This document shows positions 43,062 through 51,510 of a stretch of 53,750 nucleotides of DNA, in pieces (position 1 is the first letter of the stretch; the number at the start of each line of letters is the position of its first letter). Location of the stretch: positions 1 through 53,750 of IMG/VR virus record IMGVR_UViG_3300010413_000043; one strand, 5' to 3'. Made by a program: the position numbers and the translations under genes. The DNA is from a virus. The notes under the pieces are model-generated. The model was not told the origin of the DNA, made no database searches, and saw nothing but the letters and a program-made list of their open reading frames with translations.

Positions 43062-43065
43062 GACG

Positions 43066-43218
43066 TTAATTTTTAAAAATTATAAAATCTGATTCATTTA
43101 AAGTAGTGACAAGCTCCTTCATGTCTTCATCTTCTTTGTACATTATACAAGCAAGAGAATAGTCAGTTATTTCATTCTCTTTCTGCTCGTAATCAAATGC
43201 TATGTTAGATGTGTTCAT
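43066..43218 (-). CDS. Small hypothetical protein (50 aa, below the ORF-track cutoff)
   Basis: I translated it by hand: MNTSNIAFDYEQKENEITDYSLACIMYKEDEDMKELVTTLNESDFIIFKN. It fills the gap, and its stop is 4 nt before the next ATG. Confidence 0.4.
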   Translation of the reverse strand: MNTSNIAFDYEQKENEITDYSLACIMYKEDEDMKELVTTLNESDFIIFKN

Positions 43219-43274
43219 GTATTTAGTTTTTAATGTGTTCGTTTTTGGACGTGGCGTTTATTCGGATGTTAGCC

Positions 43275-43634
43275 TCAATAATAAGAGACCTCACACGTTA
43301 TTGTATTATTAGGATTTCTCATGTCGTAGTTAGTTTGCCACTTTTTGAATGTTACAATCCTTAATCCTGATTCGCTACCGTCATCATACCAGTAAGTTTC
43401 TTCGGTGTCACTATGCTCAACTATAAATCTTTTAAATCTCCTTCTTTTTTCGGATTCAATATCGGTGGATATCCCTAATTCTACAAATCGTTGCATTATT
43501 ACAGCATCTTTCTTTTTATTAATCTCATCAATAACTTCCCCGATTAATTTATGTTGAATATCGAAAAAATTACTGAGGCTAACACCACCTATACCCAATT
43601 GGGCAGTTTCGTTGTTTTTTGAAGTTTCTTTCAT
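43275..43634 (-). CDS. Hypothetical protein (119 aa)
   Basis: ORF with an ATG at 43634, in the GC-richer segment. Confidence 0.6.
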   Translation of the reverse strand: MKETSKNNETAQLGIGGVSLSNFFDIQHKLIGEVIDEINKKKDAVIMQRFVELGISTDIESEKRRRFKRFIVEHSDTEETYWYDDGSESGLRIVTFKKWQTNYDMRNPNNTITCEVSYY

Positions 43635-43702
43635 TCTATTAAGTTTTATCTGTTATTGAAGTTTTGTGCTATTAATTGCCCAACTGGGTATAGCTGTAAC
43701 CG

Positions 43703-43996
43703 TTAGCAATCAGTTTGTTCAACTGTTGCCATACACACTAAACAAGTCTCATAAAATATTTCCTTTTCTGTTAATTTATTTCCACAAGAGCAAACCGAAT
43801 TGCTAACACGTTGTAAATACAAACCGCTGTTGCCCGTATTATCCCCATTCGCTTGCTGTTGTGCTAAAAAGCAATACATTGCTGTTAAACAATCTTCTGC
43901 TTGCAATAACGGCTCAGTGTTTCGTTCGGTCAACTCTTCAACCGTGTAACCAGTAATGTCGCTTAATATTTCCTTTGCTGTTTTTAATTCGCTCAT
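43703..43996 (-). CDS. Hypothetical protein with a C-terminal CxC...CxxC (97 aa)
   Basis: CSCG...CLVC near the C-terminus. Confidence 0.55.
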   Translation of the reverse strand: MSELKTAKEILSDITGYTVEELTERNTEPLLQAEDCLTAMYCFLAQQQANGDNTGNSGLYLQRVSNSVCSCGNKLTEKEIFYETCLVCMATVEQTDC

Positions 43997-44074
43997 TATT
44001 CTGTTATTTAAAGTTTATCACTCGCATTGTCTTTAGTGCTAGTTTAGTAAAGCGGTCAGCACTTACAACCACCG

Positions 44075-45139
44075 TTACCGGCAATGCTTGGCTTTTAAGC
44101 CATTAAGTAAATGCGCAATTACATCAACAGTCCATCCGTTACCAAGCATTCTGTATCTTTGGGTATTACTTACACAATCGGTGTATCCATCAGGTACATT
44201 TTGCAGTCTTTCGCATTCGGTTGGTGTAATGTATCTAAAAAAGAACTCGTCAGCAGGTATCCTATTCGGTAAAGTAAAAGGTACTACAACGTTATCTTTT
44301 CCAACTGTGGTTAAAGCGTTCGTTTTACCATCATATCTAAACTCAATGTATTGCTGTGTTAAGCCTTTAGTCTTTTGTTTTCCGTCCTGTCTTTTACCAT
44401 TTACTAAATACCTACCTCTCATTGCTGCAATAGCTTGCTTATCATTTGGTAAATCAACAATCCCAAAAAATCTTTGTGCGCTGTATTTCTTATGGTGGCT
44501 TGCTTCAAGCATCTGCATTTTTTCATTGTCAGCGTGTACAGTAAGCACTTTATCTTTTCTTTGGCTATGTTTAGCAAGCCATTGCATAGCCTTTTCAGTG
44601 TAGTAGTAATTTTCTTCATTTACTCCTGTTTCTCGCACATCTCCCCAAGTAATGTTTTTATCTTCTGGCTGTATTAAGTTAGGTAGGTTTGTCCAATATA
44701 GCCTTTTACGGTTCTGTGCACTTACAAGGTTGCTGTTTATTTCTATTGGTTCAACTCCTAAAGCTTCGGTAATTACCTGCTCATACTCTTTTTTCATTTT
44801 CACGTTTTCAAGCAAAAAGTATTTAGGTTTGCATTCTTTCAGTAATCGTACAAATTCAAAAAATAGTTTACTTCTTGGGTCTTCAAAATTTAATTGCTTT
44901 CCTGCAAAACTAAAACCCTGGCATGGGCTACCACCTACAAGTAAATCAATCGGTTCTAAATCTTCCGCTTTTACCTTGGTTACATCTCCAAGCTGTATAG
45001 TGTCGGGGTAGTTCTTATCGTTTACTTGGTTAGCATACTTGTCAATCTCGCTACTGTAGCGTTTATCAACTTTAATTCCTATTCTGTCTAAGGCTATCCA
45101 AATGCAGCCAATTCCGTTAAAAGTGCTTAATACGTTCAT
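44075..45139 (-). CDS. dcm: DNA (cytosine-5)-methyltransferase
   Basis: Motif I STFNGIG, motif IV GGSPCQGFSFAG, motif VI LLENV, motif X MLGNGWTV. The listed start at 45169 is TTG. The ATG at 45139 has a TAATTTTG box 12 nt upstream. Confidence 0.9.
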   Translation of the reverse strand: MNVLSTFNGIGCIWIALDRIGIKVDKRYSSEIDKYANQVNDKNYPDTIQLGDVTKVKAEDLEPIDLLVGGSPCQGFSFAGKQLNFEDPRSKLFFEFVRLLKECKPKYFLLENVKMKKEYEQVITEALGVEPIEINSNLVSAQNRKRLYWTNLPNLIQPEDKNITWGDVRETGVNEENYYYTEKAMQWLAKHSQRKDKVLTVHADNEKMQMLEASHHKKYSAQRFFGIVDLPNDKQAIAAMRGRYLVNGKRQDGKQKTKGLTQQYIEFRYDGKTNALTTVGKDNVVVPFTLPNRIPADEFFFRYITPTECERLQNVPDGYTDCVSNTQRYRMLGNGWTVDVIAHLLNGLKAKHCR

Positions 45140-45250
45140 ATTTAATTTTTTCAAAATTATTTTTGCCAACCCTCAAAAAATAAAACAAAAAGGTTCGGCT
45201 CATTTAATCAACTTCAGTGCAGTTATTCGCACTGTTCTTATACCAATTCG

Positions 45251-45547
45251 TTATGTGGCATTATAAAACCAGCCACTACCATTTAATTTGCCATCGCACT
45301 CATTAAATATTGGTTCGGTTATAACTTTGCCCTCTTTTTTCAATTCTCGCAATGCTTTTTTAATAGCTTCGTGCGAATAATATTTATTTGTTTTATGGTC
45401 AATTTCTTCCTGTAAACACATCATTCCATACCAATACCCACGCTCTTTATAGTGCCAATATTCAAGCACTTCCAAAACAACGCCACATAACAACGCATCA
45501 TACGCCATTGGCTTGCTGTTATTTGAGGTTTCGTTCTTTTTACTCAT
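45251..45547 (-). CDS. Hypothetical protein (98 aa)
   Basis: ORF with an ATG at 45547, lying between rtcB and dcm. Confidence 0.55.
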   Translation of the reverse strand: MSKKNETSNNSKPMAYDALLCGVVLEVLEYWHYKERGYWYGMMCLQEEIDHKTNKYYSHEAIKKALRELKKEGKVITEPIFNECDGKLNGSGWFYNAT

Positions 45548-45710
45548 GTTTTCTGTATTTTAAAGTTTTGTAATTCTAATTAAAACGCCAACAGGCGCAT
45601 ATGCAAACCGTTACCAACAAGCGGAAGAAAGGCGGTGCATTTAATCAAGGTTTCTGCAAATTTGACCATAATTAAAAATAGCCCTCCCCGCTTTTGGTTT
45701 TTCAAACCAA

Positions 45711-46895
45711 TTATGAATGAGCTTTGAAGTTATAAATAGGCTTAATTACTTCAATCACATCTACCGTGTCTTTTATAGCTTCTAAAATTTCGTTCATTGG
45801 CTTATATGCGTTCGGAGCTTCATCTAATGTTTCTGATAAAACAGAAGTTGAATAAACATCTTTCATTTGCTCTTTAAATTCGTCAAAATCAAGTTGTCTA
45901 TGTGCTTCTTTTCTGCCCATCAAACGCCCTGCTCCGTGTGGTGCTGAATAATTCCAATCCTCATTTCCTTTGCCTTTTGCAATAATTGATCCGTCACGCA
46001 TATTAATTGGAATCAATAACACTTCTCCTTTCTCAGCAGACACAGCACCTTTTCGCAACATCATTCTGTTAAAATCAATATAGTTGTGAATTGTTTCAAA
46101 AGAGTGCATTGCACTTAGTCCTGCTTCTCTAAGTATGATTTCAGCCATAGTTTTACGATTTAAAATAGCATACTCTTGCATTACTTTCATATCATGCATG
46201 TAGTTTTCAAAATCAGCTCCTGTTAAATAGGCTAAGTCATTATTAATATTTGGCTTTTTAAGTTTTTTCAACTCTTTACCAATTTCATTTTGTCTGCCTT
46301 CTTTTTTCAGGCGTTCAATAAGCTCTTCACGTTCTTTTGAATTGTCGGTCAAATTTCCAATTGCAATGTCTTGGTAATATTTTGCAACTTGTCCACCGAT
46401 ATTTCGAGAGCCTGAATGAATAACTAAATACAAATCGCCTTTTTCATTTTTACCAACTTCAATAAAATGGTTTCCACCACCTAATGAGCCTGTTGATAAT
46501 CTTGCACGGTCAATATTTAGATTTTTAGCAATAAGTCTATCGAAGTCAAATTCTGCTTTTGGTTCAGTGTGTATATTAAAGCCATTTGGAATAAACTCAT
46601 TTATTACAGCATCTAATTTTTGCAAATCAATTTCGTTGTCTGCTAACATTACTGTAAGCATTCCGCAGCCAATATCAACACCAACTAAATTAGGAGTAAT
46701 CTTATCTTTAATTTCCATAGTTGTGCCAATTGTACAGCCTACGCCAGCATGGCAGTCAGGCATAATTCTAATTTTAGAATCCTTGTAAGGTTCAAATTTT
46801 CCAAGTTCTTTAATCTGTTCTAAAGCAACGTCTTCTAAAGTAGTTGCGTAAATTTTAATATCGTTTCCGTTATTTCTTTTAATTATTTTTGCCAT
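45711..46895 (-). CDS. rtcB: RNA 3'-phosphate/5'-OH ligase RtcB
   Basis: PDCHAGVGCTIGT, GGGNHFIE, HSGSR and SAPHGAGR are the conserved RtcB metal/GMP-His motifs. 394 aa. Confidence 0.9.
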   Translation of the reverse strand: MAKIIKRNNGNDIKIYATTLEDVALEQIKELGKFEPYKDSKIRIMPDCHAGVGCTIGTTMEIKDKITPNLVGVDIGCGMLTVMLADNEIDLQKLDAVINEFIPNGFNIHTEPKAEFDFDRLIAKNLNIDRARLSTGSLGGGNHFIEVGKNEKGDLYLVIHSGSRNIGGQVAKYYQDIAIGNLTDNSKEREELIERLKKEGRQNEIGKELKKLKKPNINNDLAYLTGADFENYMHDMKVMQEYAILNRKTMAEIILREAGLSAMHSFETIHNYIDFNRMMLRKGAVSAEKGEVLLIPINMRDGSIIAKGKGNEDWNYSAPHGAGRLMGRKEAHRQLDFDEFKEQMKDVYSTSVLSETLDEAPNAYKPMNEILEAIKDTVDVIEVIKPIYNFKAHS

Positions 46896-47059
46896 CGCTT
46901 CGTTATTTTCAATTATTACTTTAGTATTTCAAATCGAGGTCAGTGATAACCGCCAGTTGGTAACAAGTGGTATAAAACAAAACCTCTGTTAGTGTCGTTC
47001 ATTGTTCGGGATGTGGCGGTGTCGGTTTCGATTTCATACTACAAGCCAGTTAGCGTGCA

Positions 47060-47269
47060 TTAAAACAATTCAAATTTTCCACCTTTATGATTTCCGGATG
47101 CTCTCTGATCTGCTAATTCTCTTACACCTCTATTTGCCTTAATTTTGTTCAGGCAGTAATTATATCTATCTATAATTGACTGTTGTTTGTAAAGGTGATT
47201 AATTGCCTCGTCTGATACTGATGTTAGTATAGCTGCGTCTTTTTCGATGTTTTTTGTAAATGAGTTCAT
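47060..47269 (-). CDS. Hypothetical early protein (69 aa)
   Basis: First ORF after promoter cassette 2, with the ATG at 47269 (MNSFTKNIEKD). The listed upstream extension starts at a TTG inside the promoter. Confidence 0.55.
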   Translation of the reverse strand: MNSFTKNIEKDAAILTSVSDEAINHLYKQQSIIDRYNYCLNKIKANRGVRELADQRASGNHKGGKFELF

Positions 47270-47370
47270 GATGTTTCGTTTAATGTTTCGTTTAATGTTT
47301 CGTTTGTTACTTATACGATACAAATATATGAAATGTTACTTTAAATGCAAAGAAATGTTACTTTTTTTTT
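47270..47370 (-). promoter_or_regulatory. Early promoter-leader cassette 2 (3 copies of the 12-nt leader repeat)
   Basis: Minus-strand TTTG (47351-47348), N19, TATATTTG (47328-47321). The leader is AAACGAAACATT x3 (47271-47306). Confidence 0.75.
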
Positions 47371-47380
47371 ATTTGATATA

Positions 47381-47402
47381 AAAAAACCAGGTTTTATCCT
47401 GG
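47381..47402 (-). terminator. Weak hairpin plus U-run after the TerS-like gene
   Basis: CCAGG(47387-47391)/CCTGG(47398-47402) with a 6-nt loop, followed by 6 U on the minus strand. Confidence 0.5.
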
Positions 47403-47421
47403 AAAATATAGTTTACAATGA

Positions 47422-47853
47422 CTATTTTTTATACTTGCTTTTTGATGATTCTTTCAATTTTAATAATAGGTCTGGATCGACATCATTAAGATTTATATTG
47501 TTCTCAGTTTTTCCAATACCTTTATTCTGATTTATCACAATGTTAGGATCTTTAGTAAATCCTCGGCTCCTTCCTTTCTGATTTAAATAGTACTCAACGG
47601 CTTTTAATCTGATTGCATCATTGTCAGATGTCATGAGATCTATTATTGTTCCCTCGGCTATATCCAGATTCCTTTCTTCTATTTCTATTAAGATATCAGA
47701 TGGTAGATTCAAAGCCCTTTTTCTTACTGCTTGTCTTGTAAGATGTATACCAAGATCCTTTTGAATGTGTGCTGCAGTCTGAGCGTATAGGCCAGAATTT
47801 TTTCGTAAGTATTCTATGAATTTCTTTCTTGATAGTTTAGGAGTAGGAGCCAT
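47422..47853 (-). CDS. Terminase small subunit candidate
   Basis: N-terminal HTH-like segment (SGLYAQTAAHIQKDLGIHLTRQAVRKRA), then DAIRLKAVEYYLNQKGRSRGF, a pattern typical of TerS oligomerisation cores. 143 aa. Confidence 0.45.
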   Translation of the reverse strand: MAPTPKLSRKKFIEYLRKNSGLYAQTAAHIQKDLGIHLTRQAVRKRALNLPSDILIEIEERNLDIAEGTIIDLMTSDNDAIRLKAVEYYLNQKGRSRGFTKDPNIVINQNKGIGKTENNINLNDVDPDLLLKLKESSKSKYKK

Positions 47854-47973
47854 AAGCTAAAATATTATGACAACCATATTTATTAACATTTGATTTATAA
47901 TTTCCTTTATTTTTATTTATTTCAATTAAATGCTTCATAGGTTGTCTTGTTAATAACTTTTGTAAAATTAAAC

Positions 47974-48019
47974 AAAAAAACGTGAAAATGTATTGTTTAA
48001 GATACATAATTCCACGTTT
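47974..48019 (-). terminator. Long imperfect hairpin plus U-run
   Basis: AAACGTG(47978-47984)/CACGTTT(48013-48019) encloses ATGTAT/ATACAT. The plus-strand A-run at 47974-47980 gives the U-tail on the minus strand. Confidence 0.55.
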
Positions 48020-48070
48020 TAAGTTTAAACAGCACAAATTAACCCAGGAAAAGTTATTTATTTGCGTTTC

Positions 48071-48415
48071 CTAATCATCTATTTTTTGAATCAATTCAGC
48101 GAGATTATATAATTTTTTCATCAAATCAACATCTCTTAGTCCTCTTACATCTACAATATGATGATCGATATCTCTACATAGTTTAATAATTTCCTCTTTT
48201 CTTGATGGAACATAATTAAACCATTGTTGTGCTTTATCAGTATATTCAATATTTAACCCAGGGAATATCTCCTCCCATTCACTTGCACTTTTTATTGTAC
48301 CTTCACGAAAGTAATTTTCCGGACCATCATATTCCTTAAGTAATTTATAATATCTCTCATGTTCTTTATTTTCCCCCAGTCTTTTGGACAATTGTTTTCT
48401 CTTAAATAGTTTCAT
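48071..48415 (-). CDS. Hypothetical protein (114 aa)
   Basis: ORF with an ATG at 48415. Confidence 0.6.
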   Translation of the reverse strand: MKLFKRKQLSKRLGENKEHERYYKLLKEYDGPENYFREGTIKSASEWEEIFPGLNIEYTDKAQQWFNYVPSRKEEIIKLCRDIDHHIVDVRGLRDVDLMKKLYNLAELIQKIDD

Positions 48416-48416
48416 A

Positions 48417-48587
48417 TTATGCCTTTTTAATTCGATTAATAATAGTGTTCTTTATCCTTGTTTCTTTTCCGGTTAAAAGCTTAATTAAACGTTTTCTGAG
48501 TTCTGATTTTTCTTCCCCGCCGAATTTATCGACTATGCTGTATATTTCAATTAATTCTGCTTTGGTAATCATTTGCTCTATTTTCAT
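48417..48587 (-). CDS. Small hypothetical protein (56 aa, below the ORF-track cutoff)
   Basis: I translated it by hand: MKIEQMITKAELIEIYSIVDKFGGEEKSELRKRLIKLLTGKETRIKNTIINRIKKA. The stop abuts the next ATG (TAATATG). Confidence 0.4.
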   Translation of the reverse strand: MKIEQMITKAELIEIYSIVDKFGGEEKSELRKRLIKLLTGKETRIKNTIINRIKKA

Positions 48588-48831
48588 TTTTAATTATTAC
48601 TTTTTCGAATTCTTTAATCGGGTCAAGTCCTTTGAATTTTAAAAACATGAAGCATGTAGTTGCTAGGTCTGTAGCTTCTTCAATTTCGTTTTCTTCGCTG
48701 TATGCGTTTTTAAGCTCATTAAACTCTTCTTCAATTTTATCAAAAAAGTCTTTTTCTGTTGTATGTTCATTAATGAGGCCACGATTTTTTATGGCCTCGT
48801 ATGAGCGGTTTATTAATGTTTTCATATCCAT
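48547..48831 (-). CDS. MazG-like nucleotide pyrophosphohydrolase candidate
   Basis: A 94-aa all-helical pattern with EE..E and E..D acidic pairs (KIEEEFNELKNA...EIEEATDLA), resembling MazG/dUTPase_2. Confidence 0.4.
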   Translation of the reverse strand: MDMKTLINRSYEAIKNRGLINEHTTEKDFFDKIEEEFNELKNAYSEENEIEEATDLATTCFMFLKFKGLDPIKEFEKVIIKNENRANDYQSRIN

Positions 48832-51134
48832 GATAGTTGTCCTTTCTGCTCTATTGCATTTCTATGATTTTTTACATTGACATTAAAATATGATTCTTTT
48901 AATTCAATTGATATTGATTTACGATTCATTTTTAATGCCTGATACCCTTCTGAACCAATTCCTCCGAATGGGCTCAATAATGTTTCACCTTTATTTGAAT
49001 ATAAAGTAATTAGTCTTTCAATAACAGGAAGTTGCAGAGGACAAATGTGTTTTTCATCATTATTTGCTCTGGCATTAATATATTGAAGCGTATCTGTTGC
49101 GTTTATATCCATCCATACAGGAGACGCATATCTTTGCCAAATATGATGAGAATATTGCTCTTTTCTTGAATATTTACTTTCTGGATCATACCCCCAGAAT
49201 TCATTAAATCCTGATATGTCACGGGGAAATTTATCAAAATCTCCCATTGGTATGTAATTTTCAAGTAAGTCATGTTCAACAGGAACTTCATTTTCATGTT
49301 TAGTTTTAAAACATTGAATTAAATCAAATATTCCAGTTCTAACCTGAATACTATCCTTACATAATTGTTGATGAGCTAATCCTTTTGTTTTTGTTCTTAC
49401 AGCTGCTAATAATGGATCTTTCCATATAGCGTGTTCTGAATGTAAAAACATATCTTCATCCTCGAATAAATCACCTATCATTGAATTAAATCTTCTTAAC
49501 CCTATATAACCATCACGGCTTTTTAATGTTGGTAAATTCATTGAATGAACACATATACATCTTCCAGGCTTAATTACTCTTTTTATTTCTTTAACTAAAT
49601 ACTTGAATTGTTGTTTGAATTGTTCATAATCAGATACATTACCCATATCCTCAATATGATTCGAATAAACATATAAATCTGCAAATGGAGGAGAAAATAC
49701 CATTATGTCGACTGAATTGTCTGGTATTTCTTTTATTCTTTGAACACAATCACCACGCATAAGCCAGTAATTATCTGTTTTTACGTCTGATGTTTTATCT
49801 ACTTTCACAGTTAATTTGTTATTTAAATTCTTGTTTACTGATTTTGTCATTAATTCTTGCATTTCATTAAATTTTTTATGTTTTTCTTGTTGAGTTTTAG
49901 TTACATTAATCATTCTATCAGTTGTAATCATATAACAATTTACAGGCTCAGTTCTTCCATATCTCCATGATCTACGCATTGCTTGATATGATTGTTCAAA
50001 ACTGAAATCAACAGAATTAAATATTTGATAACCGCAATTTTGATAATTCAATCCCATTGATGCAATTGATTGTTTAGTTATCAATATTTCATATTCTTTG
50101 TGAGCAAATCCAATTAAATCAGCCTCTTTTTTTTCTTGTTTATCTGAGCCCTGAACATTTCTACAGTCATATCCTAATTTAGTTAATTGCTTATAAATAT
50201 TATCAGCCTCAATGTTTTGTTTAGTCCAAATAATTATTTGCTCATTTTTATGTATTTCTTCTTTAATTATTGATATTGTTTGATTTATTCTTTCTTTTTC
50301 TGTATCCCTTAAACTTTGATTATAGTCCGTAGCATTAACAGCAAGTCCAGGAAATAACATTCCTTCGGGTATTGGTGTACTAACTTGTTTCTCAATTATG
50401 TTTAATTTAGGTAAATCGAATCCATTCATATTAAATCCTATATCTTTAGGATGAGAATACATAATTGCCCATGTACTTACAAATTCATAAAATCTATCTA
50501 TTGCATGACCTTTAAGTCTCCATTTACTTCCTTTTTGTTTTTTAGAATCATTAACAAAATACATTGCAAGCATTTCATCGTATGTCATTACATCTAAGAA
50601 TTCACAATGATTACCTAGTTCTGTTGGATCATTAGGACTTGGAGTAGCTGAAAAACAAAATTTATATGGAGTTTCTTTAAATTTTTCAATTAATAAATTT
50701 CTATATTTTCCAGTTTGATTTTTCAGTATTGAACTTTCATCTAAACAAATACAAGAGTAAATTGAAGTATCTATATTTTCAAGTTGCTCGTAATTTGATA
50801 TTTGAATTGGTGATGTATTATTTTCACACCACCTCTTAACTTTAATATTAAACTTATTACCTTCTTCTATTGTTTGGGCTGATACAGCAAGTGGTGATAA
50901 TATTAATGAAGGTTTATTAGTATATTTATTTACTTGATATGCAATATCTAACTGCATAGCTGTTTTACCTTGGCCTGTATTGGCAAATATTGCATATTTA
51001 CCAGCCATTAAAGCTCTTTTAATTGTGAATTTCTGAAATTCAAATAATTTATCATTAAGTTCATTTTCAGAAATATCAAATCCAGAATAAATAATATTCT
51101 TCTGCTTACTATTTAAAAATTCGTTATAATTCAT
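48822..51134 (-). CDS. SNF2/DEAD-type helicase fused to an N6-adenine/N4-cytosine DNA methyltransferase
   Basis: Helicase motifs ANTGQGKT, LDESS, SAT and QAMRRSWRYGR are followed by MTase motif IV FSPPF and a C-terminal motif I SPFGGIGSEG (beta-class order). Confidence 0.8.
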   Translation of the reverse strand: MNYNEFLNSKQKNIIYSGFDISENELNDKLFEFQKFTIKRALMAGKYAIFANTGQGKTAMQLDIAYQVNKYTNKPSLILSPLAVSAQTIEEGNKFNIKVKRWCENNTSPIQISNYEQLENIDTSIYSCICLDESSILKNQTGKYRNLLIEKFKETPYKFCFSATPSPNDPTELGNHCEFLDVMTYDEMLAMYFVNDSKKQKGSKWRLKGHAIDRFYEFVSTWAIMYSHPKDIGFNMNGFDLPKLNIIEKQVSTPIPEGMLFPGLAVNATDYNQSLRDTEKERINQTISIIKEEIHKNEQIIIWTKQNIEADNIYKQLTKLGYDCRNVQGSDKQEKKEADLIGFAHKEYEILITKQSIASMGLNYQNCGYQIFNSVDFSFEQSYQAMRRSWRYGRTEPVNCYMITTDRMINVTKTQQEKHKKFNEMQELMTKSVNKNLNNKLTVKVDKTSDVKTDNYWLMRGDCVQRIKEIPDNSVDIMVFSPPFADLYVYSNHIEDMGNVSDYEQFKQQFKYLVKEIKRVIKPGRCICVHSMNLPTLKSRDGYIGLRRFNSMIGDLFEDEDMFLHSEHAIWKDPLLAAVRTKTKGLAHQQLCKDSIQVRTGIFDLIQCFKTKHENEVPVEHDLLENYIPMGDFDKFPRDISGFNEFWGYDPESKYSRKEQYSHHIWQRYASPVWMDINATDTLQYINARANNDEKHICPLQLPVIERLITLYSNKGETLLSPFGGIGSEGYQALKMNRKSISIELKESYFNVNVKNHRNAIEQKGQLSWI

Positions 51135-51275
51135 TATTTCGTTTTAGTGTTAAACATTTACAAGCTTCATAATATCCTTTAGATATTTTTATAAATACTT
51201 TGCCTTTACATTCCACGCAATTTTCATTCGGGGTAAGGATTGTTTGAGAATTTTTTTTAATTTGAAATTTTTTAA

Positions 51276-51500
51276 TTAATATCTACTCTTGAACTCCCGC
51301 CTGGAATTCATTTTTTCTCTCTTTACTTCGGTTTCGATTACATCAATATTATTAGTAATGTAATCAAAAACAGGCCGATTATTATAGTTCTTTTCAAAGT
51401 TATAATAAATGTAATGTAAATAACTGGCTGGTACATTACACATTTTTACGCCCTTGTACTTTCCGAAAGGCATTATTGAATGATCGTTTAATATACTCAT
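51276..51500 (-). CDS. DUF3820-like small protein
   Basis: MPFGKYKGVKMCNVPASYLHYI matches the mPFGKykG...P..YL core of that family. Confidence 0.45.
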   Translation of the reverse strand: MSILNDHSIMPFGKYKGVKMCNVPASYLHYIYYNFEKNYNNRPVFDYITNNIDVIETEVKREKMNSRREFKSRY

Positions 51501-51510
51501 GATTAAAGTT

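Noticed and set aside
47270-47323. N-terminal extension MYRISNKRNIKRNIKRNI of ORF 47060-47323.
   Set aside because: It starts at a TTG that lies inside the -7 box, and it translates the 12-nt leader repeat. The same DNA is non-coding in the other two cassettes. The ATG at 47269 is the sensible start.
47837-48037. 66-aa minus-strand ORF between 48071-48415 and the TerS-like gene.
   Set aside because: It spans the long hairpin and U-run terminator at 47974-48019 and overlaps the TerS-like start. The peptide is hydrophobic and low-complexity, so this is more likely a non-coding spacer.
51124-51282. Zinc-ribbon-like reading frame (…NCVECKGKVFIKISKGYYEACKC…) in the 141-nt gap upstream of the helicase-MTase gene.
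   Set aside because: The frame opens after a TAG at 51285-51283 but has no ATG or TTG. The only GTG falls after the first Cys. I could not support it as a gene, although a non-canonical start remains possible.
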